A DNA stretch of 64,000 nucleotides, taken from Candidatus Falkowbacteria bacterium RIFOXYD12_FULL_34_57 (GTDB taxonomy: Bacteria; Patescibacteriota; Patescibacteriia; Patescibacteriales; UBA12075). Both the position numbers and the translations under genes were made by a program. The notes under the pieces are model-generated. The model was not told where the DNA came from, searched no databases, and worked only from the letters and a program-made list of their open reading frames with translations. The stretch lies in the NCBI GenBank assembly GCA_001780285.1, contig MFGN01000021.1, forward strand, positions 11,122 through 75,121, in the 5' to 3' direction. Positions 46,159 to 55,931 of the stretch are shown one piece after another (position 1 is the first letter of the stretch; every line of letters begins with the position of its first letter).

Positions 46159-46671
46159 ATGTTAACAAAAGAACAAAAAATCTGGATAAATCATTTAAGC
46201 AATACTGATATCATCAAAGTAATTCCTTATAATCCTAAAACAAAGGATGTTTTTAGGATAATCAAAAAAGATCTCAAAAAAATATTGGGTAATGTACGGA
46301 TATCTCATCGTGGTTCTACTGCTCTAAAAATATCTGGTCAGGGTGAAATAGACTTATACATTCCTACTACAATAAAAGATTTTAATAGGTATTTGGATAA
46401 ACTAACAAAGCACCTTGGAAAACCTGGAAGTGTTTATCCTCTGGAAAGAGTGAGATTTGTAAAATATATAGACGATATTAAAATAGAAATATTTATAATA
46501 AATAAAAATAACTCGGGATGGAAAAATTCCATTAAATTTGAACAAGCCCTAAGAAAAAATAAAGGATTGCTAAATAAGTATGAAAAATTAAAACAGAGTT
46601 GTGATGGTCTGTCAGTCAAAAAATATTACGCTAAAAAAACAGAGTTCATCAATTACGTCCTATCTACATAA
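46159..46671 (+). CDS. GrpB-family (nucleotidyltransferase-fold) protein
   Basis: About 170 aa. ISHRGSTALKISGQGEIDLYIP matches the GrpB hiGSTav.g..ak..iDi pattern. TGcTATAAT lies 7 nt before the ATG. Confidence 0.6.
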   Translation: MLTKEQKIWINHLSNTDIIKVIPYNPKTKDVFRIIKKDLKKILGNVRISHRGSTALKISGQGEIDLYIPTTIKDFNRYLDKLTKHLGKPGSVYPLERVRFVKYIDDIKIEIFIINKNNSGWKNSIKFEQALRKNKGLLNKYEKLKQSCDGLSVKKYYAKKTEFINYVLST

Positions 46672-46782
46672 AAAATTTCGGACATCCTCGCATACTATTT
46701 TTGACAAAAAGTATAACATATGTTATACTTTTTTGTTGGTCTTTTCCCTAAATTCTTTAAACCCATATAAAAGGAGAAAACT

Positions 46783-47064
46783 ATGCTTAAATATTTTTGC
46801 ACTTCCCTGTATTCTGAAAATTTAACCTGGGAAGATTTTTTTCCTGTTAACGACGACAACCTTCCTAGGGTTACCGTTGACATCGAAAAAAAAGGAAAAA
46901 GGGTTGAAGCCATTAAATTTTCGCGAGATAAAGATGACGGGTGGTATGACGCCTACATTCCCAGCTTCACGGTTGATAACGTGAAAAGTGTTCTCGCCCA
47001 AATCAACGGCACAACTCCCGAAGAAATCGAAATCGATTGGCAGGGTACTATACAAGCCTGCTAG
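46783..47064 (+). CDS. Hypothetical protein
   Basis: 93 aa. SD aaaggag upstream. No family recognised. Confidence 0.45.
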   Translation: MLKYFCTSLYSENLTWEDFFPVNDDNLPRVTVDIEKKGKRVEAIKFSRDKDDGWYDAYIPSFTVDNVKSVLAQINGTTPEEIEIDWQGTIQAC

Positions 47065-47081
47065 CCAAACCTCGGGAGCAA
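47065..47081 (+). repeat. tRNA-Asn acceptor-end-like motif F (outermost)
   Basis: Contains ACCTCGGGAGCAACA versus tRNA-Asn ACCCCGGGAGCAAAA (13/15). Followed by hairpin 47084-47116. Confidence 0.55.
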
Positions 47082-47273
47082 CAAAAAAGGTAACATTATC
47101 ACAATGTTACCTTTTTATTTTATCGTATAGGAATTTTCCCTCTAACCCCATATCTATTATATATCTTCATCTTGTGGGGGATCTCCCGAAGGGGGACTAT
47201 TTGTTACTGTTTATAAAAATAAAAGTGATTAATATTAGATATACTGTTATTTACCACCCCTGCGGGGGACCTC

Positions 47274-47294
47274 AAAAAGCTCGAAGAGCTTTTC
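47274..47294 (-). terminator. Terminator after the S8-like gene
   Basis: aaagctc-gaa-gagcttt with a T-run on the minus strand. Confidence 0.55.
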
Positions 47295-47390
47295 TTGTAT
47301 TTTATTAACTTTATAAAATCTTATCATTAAAGACTTGAGGAATCATTATAAAGTGCTAAATGTTTTGTAAGTTGTTTTTAGGGATTGGAT

Positions 47391-49619
47391 TTAATTATTA
47401 CAATTTAGACATGCCGTATATTGCGCATCACACACATTTACACAATTCCCGTATTGCGTGGCGCATGAAGTATAAAGACAATCTTCCGTTGATCGGTAGC
47501 AAGTGTCCCGGCAGGTATTATATTTGCGAGTACAGGCATTTTGATCACAGCCTCCCGAATCAGGCTCAACGGACGGTGGCTCTTTATCCGGTTTACAGGT
47601 ACCACCTTCCGCAATACAGACAAAATGAGAACCGGCGGGACAGCTTTGCCAGAAAGTACCGTTGCATAATTCACTGCCTACCGGCATACAGGAAGGGTCG
47701 CCCGAGGGCGGGCAATAAAATTTTTCGCCGTTTTGGCACGGAGCCCAGTATTTGCCGTTGCATGATTCACGATTCAAAGGAACGCAAGTGGCGTCGCCCG
47801 ATGGCGGACAATAAAACTCCTGATCACTTGGGCACGGACCCCATTTTTTACCGTTGCATTCAAGGCCTTTTGGTTGGGCCGCTTGAGTATCTATATTTGT
47901 TTGACTGGCGGTTGGCGCAGTTTTGGTTTCTTGCTTTGGCGCTGTTTGTTTTGGCGCGGTCTTTGTTTCCGGTGGCGGTGTTGTTTTTATTTCTTGATTC
48001 GTAGACGGCAACTCCTGTTCAACTGTTTCTTTTTGGCATTCTCGGGCCACATCTACACAGAACATGCCGCAAAACTTTTTACCGGCAGGACAGATGGAAC
48101 AAGTACCGGGTTTGCGCAGTCCGCAAGAACCTCCCGGCTTCAAACAGTAAACATTAGAATTACAACATTCGGCATTGGTAGGAATACAACTATTATAACA
48201 AGCTTGAAGACCATAGGGACAGACCGCTTGAGTTAATAAATTTCGAATTTTTTTAGCATCGCTGAAGCGATTAGCTTGCCACACTTTTTCTGTTTCCGCC
48301 CAAGCTTGCGCCGCCGCCACAGATGTTCCCGCACTATTTTCCGGAATCTCCTTCATAATCACATTTGAGCCGTGATTGGAATACTTGGCTGGCTGTCCGT
48401 TTTTCTCCACGCCATAAAAATAAACCTGATTTTCCGCAAATAAATTCAAAAGCATGAGCGAAGACATGTCAATTCCAGCGCAATCAAGTATTGATCCGCC
48501 CTTGTCGGCCAAACAAGCTCCATTACCGGCAGCCTGGCTGATTACCACGTTGCCTTTTTTCGACCACTCCGATGACTCAACAACATGTAAAAGACCTTTG
48601 GTGAAAGATTCCCACTGGGTCATGGCCCATGAATTGGAATCGGCGCCGTTTTCTTTGTCAAAAATTTCAGAGTTTTGAGTTATGGGCATAAGCGCCAGCG
48701 ATATGTTTACAGCTACTTGCTGTCGATTCGTTTGCGCGCCGGCTAAAACCATTGCCAGCGCCGCATAAACCCTATCCGCCGATGAACAATATTTTTCACC
48801 GCATTTAACACTGCTGACATCAATTTGCAGAACTGGTCCCTTGTTGCCCATCGCCTCGCGCACACCATTAACCATATAACCGTGATTATCTTTAAAAATA
48901 TCGATTTGAACCACGATAATGCCGGCATCAGGATCAGGACTTTTGAGCATAGCGGCTGTTAAATTTTCGGTGGCATTATTGGTATCAGTCAGGTCAACAA
49001 AACTATCACCGGCTTCAACAACTACAAAATTGGGTTCGACGCTCAAAACAAAATCTTTATTATTTACAGCCGCGATAACTGTCTCGATATTTTCCGCAAC
49101 TTCCACAAAATAATAACCGAATGTCGGAATCCGCGTCAGCACCTTGCCACCGAACGGCAATATCAGATTTTCAATTTCTTCGACGCTTGTTTTTGGGTCA
49201 ACGAATATATTGGCTTGCCTCGGGAACAAAGCAATCATTTCTCCGCTCGGCATGACGATCATTTCCGATTCTGGCATTGATCCGTTATAAATTACCGCAT
49301 CCTCAAATAAACTAACCCGAAAAAGAGTAGAGGTATCGGAAAGATATCCGACTATCGGGACACCAATGAATATTGTCAACATCAACACCATCTTTTTTAA
49401 AATTTTATGTCCAGTCAACAAACAAAGTATGAGATATGAACAAATCACCAGAACAAAAGAAAAAAGAAAAGTGGCAATATATACGCCCCTATCGTTAAAA
49501 CCCAAATAATCATCATTTATCCAAATAACGAAGAAACTCAAAAAAAAGAAACCCAAAACAGGTTTCCAAATCTTGGGTCTTTGATCTTTTTTATTATCAA
49601 GATCGATTCTTTTACCCAT
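47391..49619 (-). CDS. Membrane-anchored subtilase (S8)-like protein with C-terminal Cys-rich repeats
   Basis: 742 aa with N-terminal TM helices. Ser motif SAGTSVAAAQAW, His candidate NHGYMVNG, Asp candidate IVVQIDIF. TKTAPKQ linker. Three ~31-aa repeats CNGK.W.PC....(E/K)FYCPPSGD..C.P. Confidence 0.6.
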   Translation of the reverse strand: MGKRIDLDNKKDQRPKIWKPVLGFFFLSFFVIWINDDYLGFNDRGVYIATFLFSFVLVICSYLILCLLTGHKILKKMVLMLTIFIGVPIVGYLSDTSTLFRVSLFEDAVIYNGSMPESEMIVMPSGEMIALFPRQANIFVDPKTSVEEIENLILPFGGKVLTRIPTFGYYFVEVAENIETVIAAVNNKDFVLSVEPNFVVVEAGDSFVDLTDTNNATENLTAAMLKSPDPDAGIIVVQIDIFKDNHGYMVNGVREAMGNKGPVLQIDVSSVKCGEKYCSSADRVYAALAMVLAGAQTNRQQVAVNISLALMPITQNSEIFDKENGADSNSWAMTQWESFTKGLLHVVESSEWSKKGNVVISQAAGNGACLADKGGSILDCAGIDMSSLMLLNLFAENQVYFYGVEKNGQPAKYSNHGSNVIMKEIPENSAGTSVAAAQAWAETEKVWQANRFSDAKKIRNLLTQAVCPYGLQACYNSCIPTNAECCNSNVYCLKPGGSCGLRKPGTCSICPAGKKFCGMFCVDVARECQKETVEQELPSTNQEIKTTPPPETKTAPKQTAPKQETKTAPTASQTNIDTQAAQPKGLECNGKKWGPCPSDQEFYCPPSGDATCVPLNRESCNGKYWAPCQNGEKFYCPPSGDPSCMPVGSELCNGTFWQSCPAGSHFVCIAEGGTCKPDKEPPSVEPDSGGCDQNACTRKYNTCRDTCYRSTEDCLYTSCATQYGNCVNVCDAQYTACLNCNN

Positions 49620-49921
49620 ATAAAGTTATTTAAAAAAATTTATATTAGCGAATAAATTGACATAATATATCTAAATTATAAAATAAAACCAGAAAAGTCT
49701 CAATATTAACTATTTTCCTATATTGATAAAAATTACTGACGTACGATAATTAATAAAAAAATCTTATAAATCCAGTATTACCCCCATATTCAACTTCTTT
49801 CTATATTTTAAGATCCGCTTATATACCGGTATAAAACCGCTGCTTTTAAATCTGTTTTAAAAAAAGTTCTAATTGGCGTAATTTCTTGATAAAATTACTT
49901 TGCCGTCTTATCAGGTCTACC

Positions 49922-51115
49922 TTAAAATCTATCAATAATCACTTTTAACGGTGGAAAGCCATTGAAATAAATCGAACTATAACTGGAGGTATAAGCGCCC
50001 GTGGTTAAGATGTATATTTTATCGCCGTCTTTTATATCCTTGTCTAATTTATACTTTTTGTTTTCATACAGGATATCCATACTATCGCAAGTCGGGCCGG
50101 CAATTATATATTCACGCATATCATTACTATTAAAATCTGGTCTAGTGGATGATTCTGTAAAAATAGGATATTTGATGCACTCATCAATCGTCTCGATCAA
50201 TCCGCCGAATTTGCCGATATCCAAATAAAGCCAGGAATACCTATTTTGACGGGATTTCTGCGATACCATTACCACCTCGCTAACGATTACACCGCTATCA
50301 GCGGAGATGGAGCGACCAGGCTCAATTATTACTTCCGGTAGATTTTCACCGAAATCCTCTTTTAAAAAACGGGTAATTTCTCTAGCGTATTCGTTTATGG
50401 TGTTCGTCGGTTGAACATAATCAGAAGGAAGGCCGCCGCCTATGTTGATCATTTTTAAATAAATACCTTTTTCAGCCAGAGAGTCAAACATGTAGCGGCA
50501 CTGGGCAATAGCATTATCCCATTGTCCGACATCGCGTTGCTGAGAACCGACATGAAACGATAATCCATATGATTCAAGTCCTAGCTTTTCAGCCATGATG
50601 GCTAAATTGTAGATAACATCAGGGTGGGCTCCGAATTTGCGAGACAGAGGCCAATCAGCACCGCCCGAATCACAGAGCAAGCGAAAAAAAACTTTGCTAC
50701 CGGAAGCCTGACGAGCAATCTTTTTTAAATCATCCTCTGAATCGGTTGCGAAAAGTCTAATACCCTTACTATAGGCATAGGCAATATCTCTTTCTTTTTT
50801 AATGGTGTTGCCGTAACTCATTCTTTCCGGCGCGATACCCAATTCTAATAACTGGTTCATTTCATAAACAGTGGCGACATCAAAATTTGATCCTTTGGCG
50901 AATAACGCTTTAATTACTTCATTGTTGGGATTGGCTTTAACGGCGTAATATACTTTAGCGTAGGGAAGATTTTCCCTTAGCTCATCGTAGCGTTTCTCGA
51001 TACGATTCAAATTAATAAGAAGAAACGGAGTTTTTTCCTGACCGGCGAATTTACGCACTTTAGCAAATTCTTCCTGTGAGAGGAATTTAAAAAGACCGTA
51101 TTGTTCGTTTTTCAT
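49922..51115 (-). CDS. PLP-dependent ornithine/basic-amino-acid decarboxylase (group IV)
   Basis: 397 aa. YAVKANP PLP-lysine motif, GGG(L/F)P and the C-terminal AGPTCDS.D block. Confidence 0.85.
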   Translation of the reverse strand: MKNEQYGLFKFLSQEEFAKVRKFAGQEKTPFLLINLNRIEKRYDELRENLPYAKVYYAVKANPNNEVIKALFAKGSNFDVATVYEMNQLLELGIAPERMSYGNTIKKERDIAYAYSKGIRLFATDSEDDLKKIARQASGSKVFFRLLCDSGGADWPLSRKFGAHPDVIYNLAIMAEKLGLESYGLSFHVGSQQRDVGQWDNAIAQCRYMFDSLAEKGIYLKMINIGGGLPSDYVQPTNTINEYAREITRFLKEDFGENLPEVIIEPGRSISADSGVIVSEVVMVSQKSRQNRYSWLYLDIGKFGGLIETIDECIKYPIFTESSTRPDFNSNDMREYIIAGPTCDSMDILYENKKYKLDKDIKDGDKIYILTTGAYTSSYSSIYFNGFPPLKVIIDRF

Positions 51116-51648
51116 TTTTTTGTGGGTGCTTTTTAAAAAGCTTTCCTAAAATATTTAATAATTATACTAGAATTATATAGATATTTTAAAAAATGTAAAT
51201 ATGCCAAAAAATTAATTTTGGAATTATGCCCGAAATTAAGAATTTTTTGATTAAATAATAGCTAATTAATCATTTTTATTACCCAGGCTATGCTAATTTT
51301 AATCATCGAATAAATGTTATAAAATTCTACAAATATATAATTTAAAAAGCAAAATAAAACAACTCACTTTATGAGTTATTTTATCATATTTCTAAAAAAA
51401 TTTAATAAATCCAAAATATAATACCTCGTATGTCAACTTTTTTAAGTAAGATATATTGAATTATTTAAAAATATTCATTTTAAAGATGTAGGAGAAATGA
51501 GATAAAGCGGAGTAGACAAGACCTTTCTGACCTCTTTACGGCAGGCAGGCTTTATTTGGCGGCGGGAGCGGTTTTGTTTGATTTTGAGTGGAAATTAAAC
51601 TAAAATAATAATATATTAAAAGCTGGTATAATTTTATAGAATAATATT

Positions 51649-52356
51649 ATGAAATTCAAAAAGATTAACTTTAATGGTTATCATTTAAATCTAAATCTCA
51701 AAGATGACGCCGGCTTAAGCGTAGTTAATGAGATTTTTAAGTATCGTGAATATCGGATAATTGAAAATATTATTGTTGACACCGATGGCCCCATTGTTGA
51801 TGCTGGTGCGCATTTAGGCTTTTTTACTATTTATACTAAATGCTTGAATCAAAATTCTAAAATTTTCTGCCTAGAGCCGGAAAAAGATAATATAAAAATC
51901 TTAAAAGAAAATTTAGCAAATAATAATATTGCCGATGTTAATATTTTACAAATGGCACTTGCTGATAAAAGCGGAATGGGTAACTTAATAATATCTCATG
52001 ATAGCCATAATCATCGATTATCAGTCGGGGGTGCCGTATTAAAAACACAAAATTTGGATATTCAAAAAATTAACACAATTACAATAAGTGACTTAATTAA
52101 TAAATATCAATGGCCTCATATTTCTCTTTTAAAAATGGATATTGAAGGAGCAGAAAAAGATGTAATCAATTCTCTTTCTGTTCATGACTTCTCAAAAATT
52201 AAAGCTATTGTTTTTGAATATCATGAAAATTATAATGTTAATCATGGGGTGCTAGAAAAAATACTTCGAAAAAACGGTTTTGGCGTAGAGATATTCCCTT
52301 CACAGTTTGATAAAAAAATGGGTATATTATTTGCAAATAATAAAAAAAATAAATAA
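51649..52356 (+). CDS. FkbM-family methyltransferase
   Basis: 235 aa. VDAGAHLGFFT and LKMDIEGAE motifs. Confidence 0.8.
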   Translation: MKFKKINFNGYHLNLNLKDDAGLSVVNEIFKYREYRIIENIIVDTDGPIVDAGAHLGFFTIYTKCLNQNSKIFCLEPEKDNIKILKENLANNNIADVNILQMALADKSGMGNLIISHDSHNHRLSVGGAVLKTQNLDIQKINTITISDLINKYQWPHISLLKMDIEGAEKDVINSLSVHDFSKIKAIVFEYHENYNVNHGVLEKILRKNGFGVEIFPSQFDKKMGILFANNKKNK

Positions 52357-52537
52357 TTAATCCCTTTTTCATAGAACCTAATTAAACCAATTTCTTATCA
52401 TTCCTACAAACTGATAAACACCGTACCATTATTCGCTGAACACCATATCGTGCACACCCGGATATTCAATCTCCTTCTTACTAAAAATTTTTTAATTTCA
52501 TCAAAAAATAACACCTGGTGACTTAAACAACTTTGGT

Positions 52538-53839
52538 TTATTTTTCTTGCCCTGATGACAATTTTTTTATCTGTTTCTTTAATTCAATCATTTTTAACTC
52601 ACGATTAACTATTATTTCCGAAAATTTTTTCATTTCTTCTATCTTTCTTTCAAGCTCCAAAGTTCTTTCTTGTACCCTTTTTTCCAAATTGTGATTACTT
52701 TTTTCCAAATCAATTTGTGATTTTTTAATTTTTTGGAGCATATTATTGAATGCTTCTGTTAACTGCCCTATCTCATCATTGGAATGGTTATTTGAAATTT
52801 CCATAATAGTCTTTTCATCACCACCTGTTGTAGCTGCATCCTTGAGTTTGTTGATTCTTGAAATTATTGGCGCAATAAGCACAAAACCCAAGATTGCTGA
52901 AAGAACTATCATAATGATTGAAAAGAATATAAGATTAATTCTTAATGCATAAATATCATTAAAAATATCAGAACGATTAACATATGTAGCCACAACCTGT
53001 TTGTTTGGTAGTAAACTATAAGCAATAATAGCTTGTTCATTAAAAATAACACCCTCTTCCTTGGTATCCTTAGCCATAAGAAGCGATTCTAGAAGCGACT
53101 GGCTTATTGTTTCTTGCGGATTAACAATAAATTTGTTGTCTCGATCAATTAAAAAAGAAAAACCGTTTTTTATGGTTTTTTGACTAGACACAAACTCGCT
53201 GATTCCCTCCAAACTAATATCCATACCAACAATACCGATAATATTATTTTTATTATCAATTGCCGGTTCAACAAAAGAATACATTGGGATTCTCGTTAAA
53301 GCATCTTCATATGTTGTTGTCCAAACACCCCTCCTTTCTCTTATCGGATCAAAATACCAAGCCATGTCAGGATTATTTGGATCATCAAAGAGTTCCAATG
53401 GCTCATCTTCCATAAGTGTAACCACGCCATTTTCAATGGTGTGCCAAGTCTCAAAAACTTCTTTAAAAATTTCAACATTAAATGTAGCATAAATACTCAT
53501 AACCCCTCCTCCACTTCTATTACTTTGTTCTAAAAGCTTAGAATCTATTTCTGTTAAATAATTTATCCTTTCTTCAATATATTCTTTATTAACCTTGGCG
53601 ATTTCAAATTGAAAATTATTTGCCATTACTGTAGCCACGGTTGACATTATTGATTCAATTTTATTGTTCTCTGACTCAATTTTATTAGCCAAATTTCTAG
53701 TATTTGATAAAATAAGAGTTATTGCTTGTTCTTCTAGTAAATCCGCCCCTTTTGATATGGAAAAAAAAGCGATAACCCCTCCCAGTGTTAGGGTGCAAAA
53801 AATAATAATAAGAATTATTTTTAATCGAATGCTTATCAT
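52538..53839 (-). CDS. Cache-like extracellular sensor + HAMP domain protein (no obvious output domain)
   Basis: 433 aa. TM1, periplasmic domain, TM2, HAMP (DEIGQLTEAFNNM), then coiled coil. Confidence 0.65.
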   Translation of the reverse strand: MISIRLKIILIIIFCTLTLGGVIAFFSISKGADLLEEQAITLILSNTRNLANKIESENNKIESIMSTVATVMANNFQFEIAKVNKEYIEERINYLTEIDSKLLEQSNRSGGGVMSIYATFNVEIFKEVFETWHTIENGVVTLMEDEPLELFDDPNNPDMAWYFDPIRERRGVWTTTYEDALTRIPMYSFVEPAIDNKNNIIGIVGMDISLEGISEFVSSQKTIKNGFSFLIDRDNKFIVNPQETISQSLLESLLMAKDTKEEGVIFNEQAIIAYSLLPNKQVVATYVNRSDIFNDIYALRINLIFFSIIMIVLSAILGFVLIAPIISRINKLKDAATTGGDEKTIMEISNNHSNDEIGQLTEAFNNMLQKIKKSQIDLEKSNHNLEKRVQERTLELERKIEEMKKFSEIIVNRELKMIELKKQIKKLSSGQEK

Positions 53840-54019
53840 ATTTATTTTATTTAAAAATATATTAAATCTATATATATTATAACATTTTTTTACAATTTTT
53901 CACACAAATTTTTAATATTAACTTTATATAAAAAATCACAATATATCATAAATTTATGCAAACATTATAAAAAAACATCTCTCGTGAATAGAGATGTTTT
54001 TTGTATTTTTAAATTTAAT

Positions 54020-55066
54020 CTATTTTTTCCAAATATTTCTAGCAAGCTTCCATGTATATTTTACAACAATCAAAACGATGAATAGATATATAATGTATTC
54101 CAGAATCAAAAATAATAGGGCTGCTAGGTTAATGGTAATATCCTGCGCGATTTTATTTATATCACGAACAAAAGATTTAATAGCTGTTTTCCAAGAATCT
54201 TTTAAATCCTCTCTATCAATAAACTTGTTTTCAAATACATAAACCCTAAAATAAGTATACTCTAGGCGGTCAAGCTGTTCTGCCTTAGATCGATTCAAGC
54301 GCTCCAGTTGAGAGTTGATATTGATTCTTTCCTGAGTTAATCTTTCAATGATTCTAATTTTACTGTCAATAATTTTTGCCAGATTTTCCACATCTCGGGT
54401 TTTGGTTGCAAGTTCAGTAATGTCGTCATAAGCATTAATCGCATTATTTAATGTTTCTTCAATAGAATTTAACTTTTTCTGAAGTATTTCCAGCTCGCTG
54501 GTATAATCCTCGATTAAGCGCTTGATAGTATAAGTATTTTCGTTAAGCTCCTTGGGGTCCAAAGATTCAATAATCGACAAAATCTCTTTTACGCTATCAC
54601 GTTTTACTTTAAAGCTATAATTACAATTTTTTTCATACTCGCTGGCGTTCTCAAAAATCACATCTTCCCGCGATTTTAAATCGGCAATTTTCTTGCAGGT
54701 CTCATCTAAATAACGCGTTTCCACGGTAGTATTATACTCAGTAACCTCAAACTCTTCCGCATCATCACCGATAATATTGCCGTTGTTTACCGGAGGTATG
54801 GAAGTAGAGGGAGCCGTTATATTGCGAACAGACAAACCGACTGCGTCTACTGCTCCGCCGTAATCCATATCGTACGACTCACTCATGCCAGGGCTGATTT
54901 TAAGAGCTGACATGTTTTGACTTTTTGTGTTTATGCCCGAAAAAGAGTTGAGGGATGAACCAATTAAGCGAAAAGCAAGAGCAATCAGGATAATGGCAAC
55001 TAATGCCAAGCCGGCTACTTTCAAAATATTCGCCGGTTTTAAATTTAGATTTTTAAGAAATTCCAT
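54020..55066 (-). CDS. Membrane protein, DUF4349-like
   Basis: 348 aa. N-terminal TM, central coiled coil, YFRVYVFE strand and C-terminal TM pair, matching the remembered DUF4349 layout. Confidence 0.4.
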   Translation of the reverse strand: MEFLKNLNLKPANILKVAGLALVAIILIALAFRLIGSSLNSFSGINTKSQNMSALKISPGMSESYDMDYGGAVDAVGLSVRNITAPSTSIPPVNNGNIIGDDAEEFEVTEYNTTVETRYLDETCKKIADLKSREDVIFENASEYEKNCNYSFKVKRDSVKEILSIIESLDPKELNENTYTIKRLIEDYTSELEILQKKLNSIEETLNNAINAYDDITELATKTRDVENLAKIIDSKIRIIERLTQERININSQLERLNRSKAEQLDRLEYTYFRVYVFENKFIDREDLKDSWKTAIKSFVRDINKIAQDITINLAALLFLILEYIIYLFIVLIVVKYTWKLARNIWKK

Positions 55067-55222
55067 AATTTAAAAATAAGTTAATTAGCCTATATATATT
55101 ATAACGAATTTTCACAAAAAATGTAACAACTGTAAATAAATTTGGCTTTTATGGTATAAATTTATAAATAAATTGTAAAAATTAAAAAAATATAATATAA
55201 TTTTTGTAGGTCAACTAAATCG

Positions 55223-55296
55223 GGACAATTAGCTCAGTTGGTTAGAGCGTTCGCTTCACACGCGAGAGGTCACTGGTTCGAATCCAGTATTGTCCA
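55223..55296 (+). tRNA. tRNA-Val (anticodon CAC)
   Basis: Hand-folded: acceptor ggacaat/attgtcc, D arm gctc/gagc, anticodon stem ttcgc/gcgag with loop ttCACac, T arm actgg-ttcgaat-ccagt. Confidence 0.88.
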
Positions 55297-55461
55297 CTGA
55301 AATAAATTAACATTTTTTTAATATTGATTTATTTCAGTTGATAATATTTGGTTGAGAAACAGTGTGTGAGCAAGGTGGATAGAAGATTTTATTATTAAAT
55401 ATGGTAAAATATATTATATCAAAAATTGGTGCAACTTATGAGGGTGTGAGGCTTCCGCCTC

Positions 55462-55482
55462 TTCGAATCCAGTATTGTCCAC
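55462..55482 (+). repeat. Duplicate of the tRNA-Val 3' end (21/21 nt)
   Basis: ttcgaatccagtattgtccac is identical to 55277-55297. Confidence 0.9.
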
Positions 55483-55570
55483 AAACTTTAAAATATTATA
55501 ATTTATAATTTTTTCAGATTCATAAAACATAAAATATGTATTTAGGCTCCAATGAGCAACAAAAATAAAG

Positions 55571-55641
55571 GCGGGCATCGTATAATGGTATTACATCAGC
55601 TTCCCAAGCTGGATAAGCGGGTTCGATTCCCGTTGCCCGCT
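55571..55641 (+). tRNA. tRNA-Gly (anticodon CCC)
   Basis: Hand-folded: acceptor gcgggca/tgcccgc, anticodon stem tcagc/gctgg with loop ttCCCaa, T arm gcggg-ttcgatt-cccgt. Confidence 0.88.
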
Positions 55642-55844
55642 CTAGTATAATAGAAGAGTCTCACTTAAGACTCTTTTGTTATATTAGGGTTGTGATTAGG
55701 GGAATCGAACTAATTTCGAGCGAGATGTGAGGCGGAATGGAAGCGACAACGAGCAAGCGAACGACGACGACTTTTTGGGAAAAAGTCGACGGGAAACTCT
55801 GGACAAGAAAGTAAGGAGCTATTAGGCGACGAGCGAACGCGAAA

Positions 55845-55863
55845 ATTCCCGTTGCCCGCTCTA
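55845..55863 (+). repeat. Duplicate of the tRNA-Gly 3' end (19/19 nt)
   Basis: attcccgttgcccgctcta is identical to 55626-55644. Confidence 0.9.
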
Positions 55864-55931
55864 ATAAAAAACATGAGATGTTTTTTCGTTTCTGTGTGTA
55901 GGTAGTGGGTGAGAATTCGTAATGATGATTT

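Noticed and set aside
47360-48236. Plus-strand ORFs of 214 aa and 120 aa opposite the S8-like gene.
   Set aside because: They are antisense to the Cys-rich repeat region of a 742-aa ORF with clear domain logic. The Arg/Cys-rich composition is typical of the reverse frame of GC-rich repeats.
29570-49619. Using elevated GC alone to delimit foreign DNA.
   Set aside because: Core genes in the window (porB at 273-1181, htpX and the ornithine decarboxylase) are also clearly GC-richer than their surroundings. Composition is heterogeneous, so it supports mobility calls only together with gene content and att-like repeats.
51490-51600. A GC-richer ~110-nt patch in the long AT-rich spacer upstream of the FkbM gene, considered as a riboswitch or sRNA.
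   Set aside because: I could find no convincing stem set, no terminator or expression platform, and no resemblance to riboswitch or housekeeping-RNA cores I know. It could be a gene remnant. It is only worth an Rfam scan.
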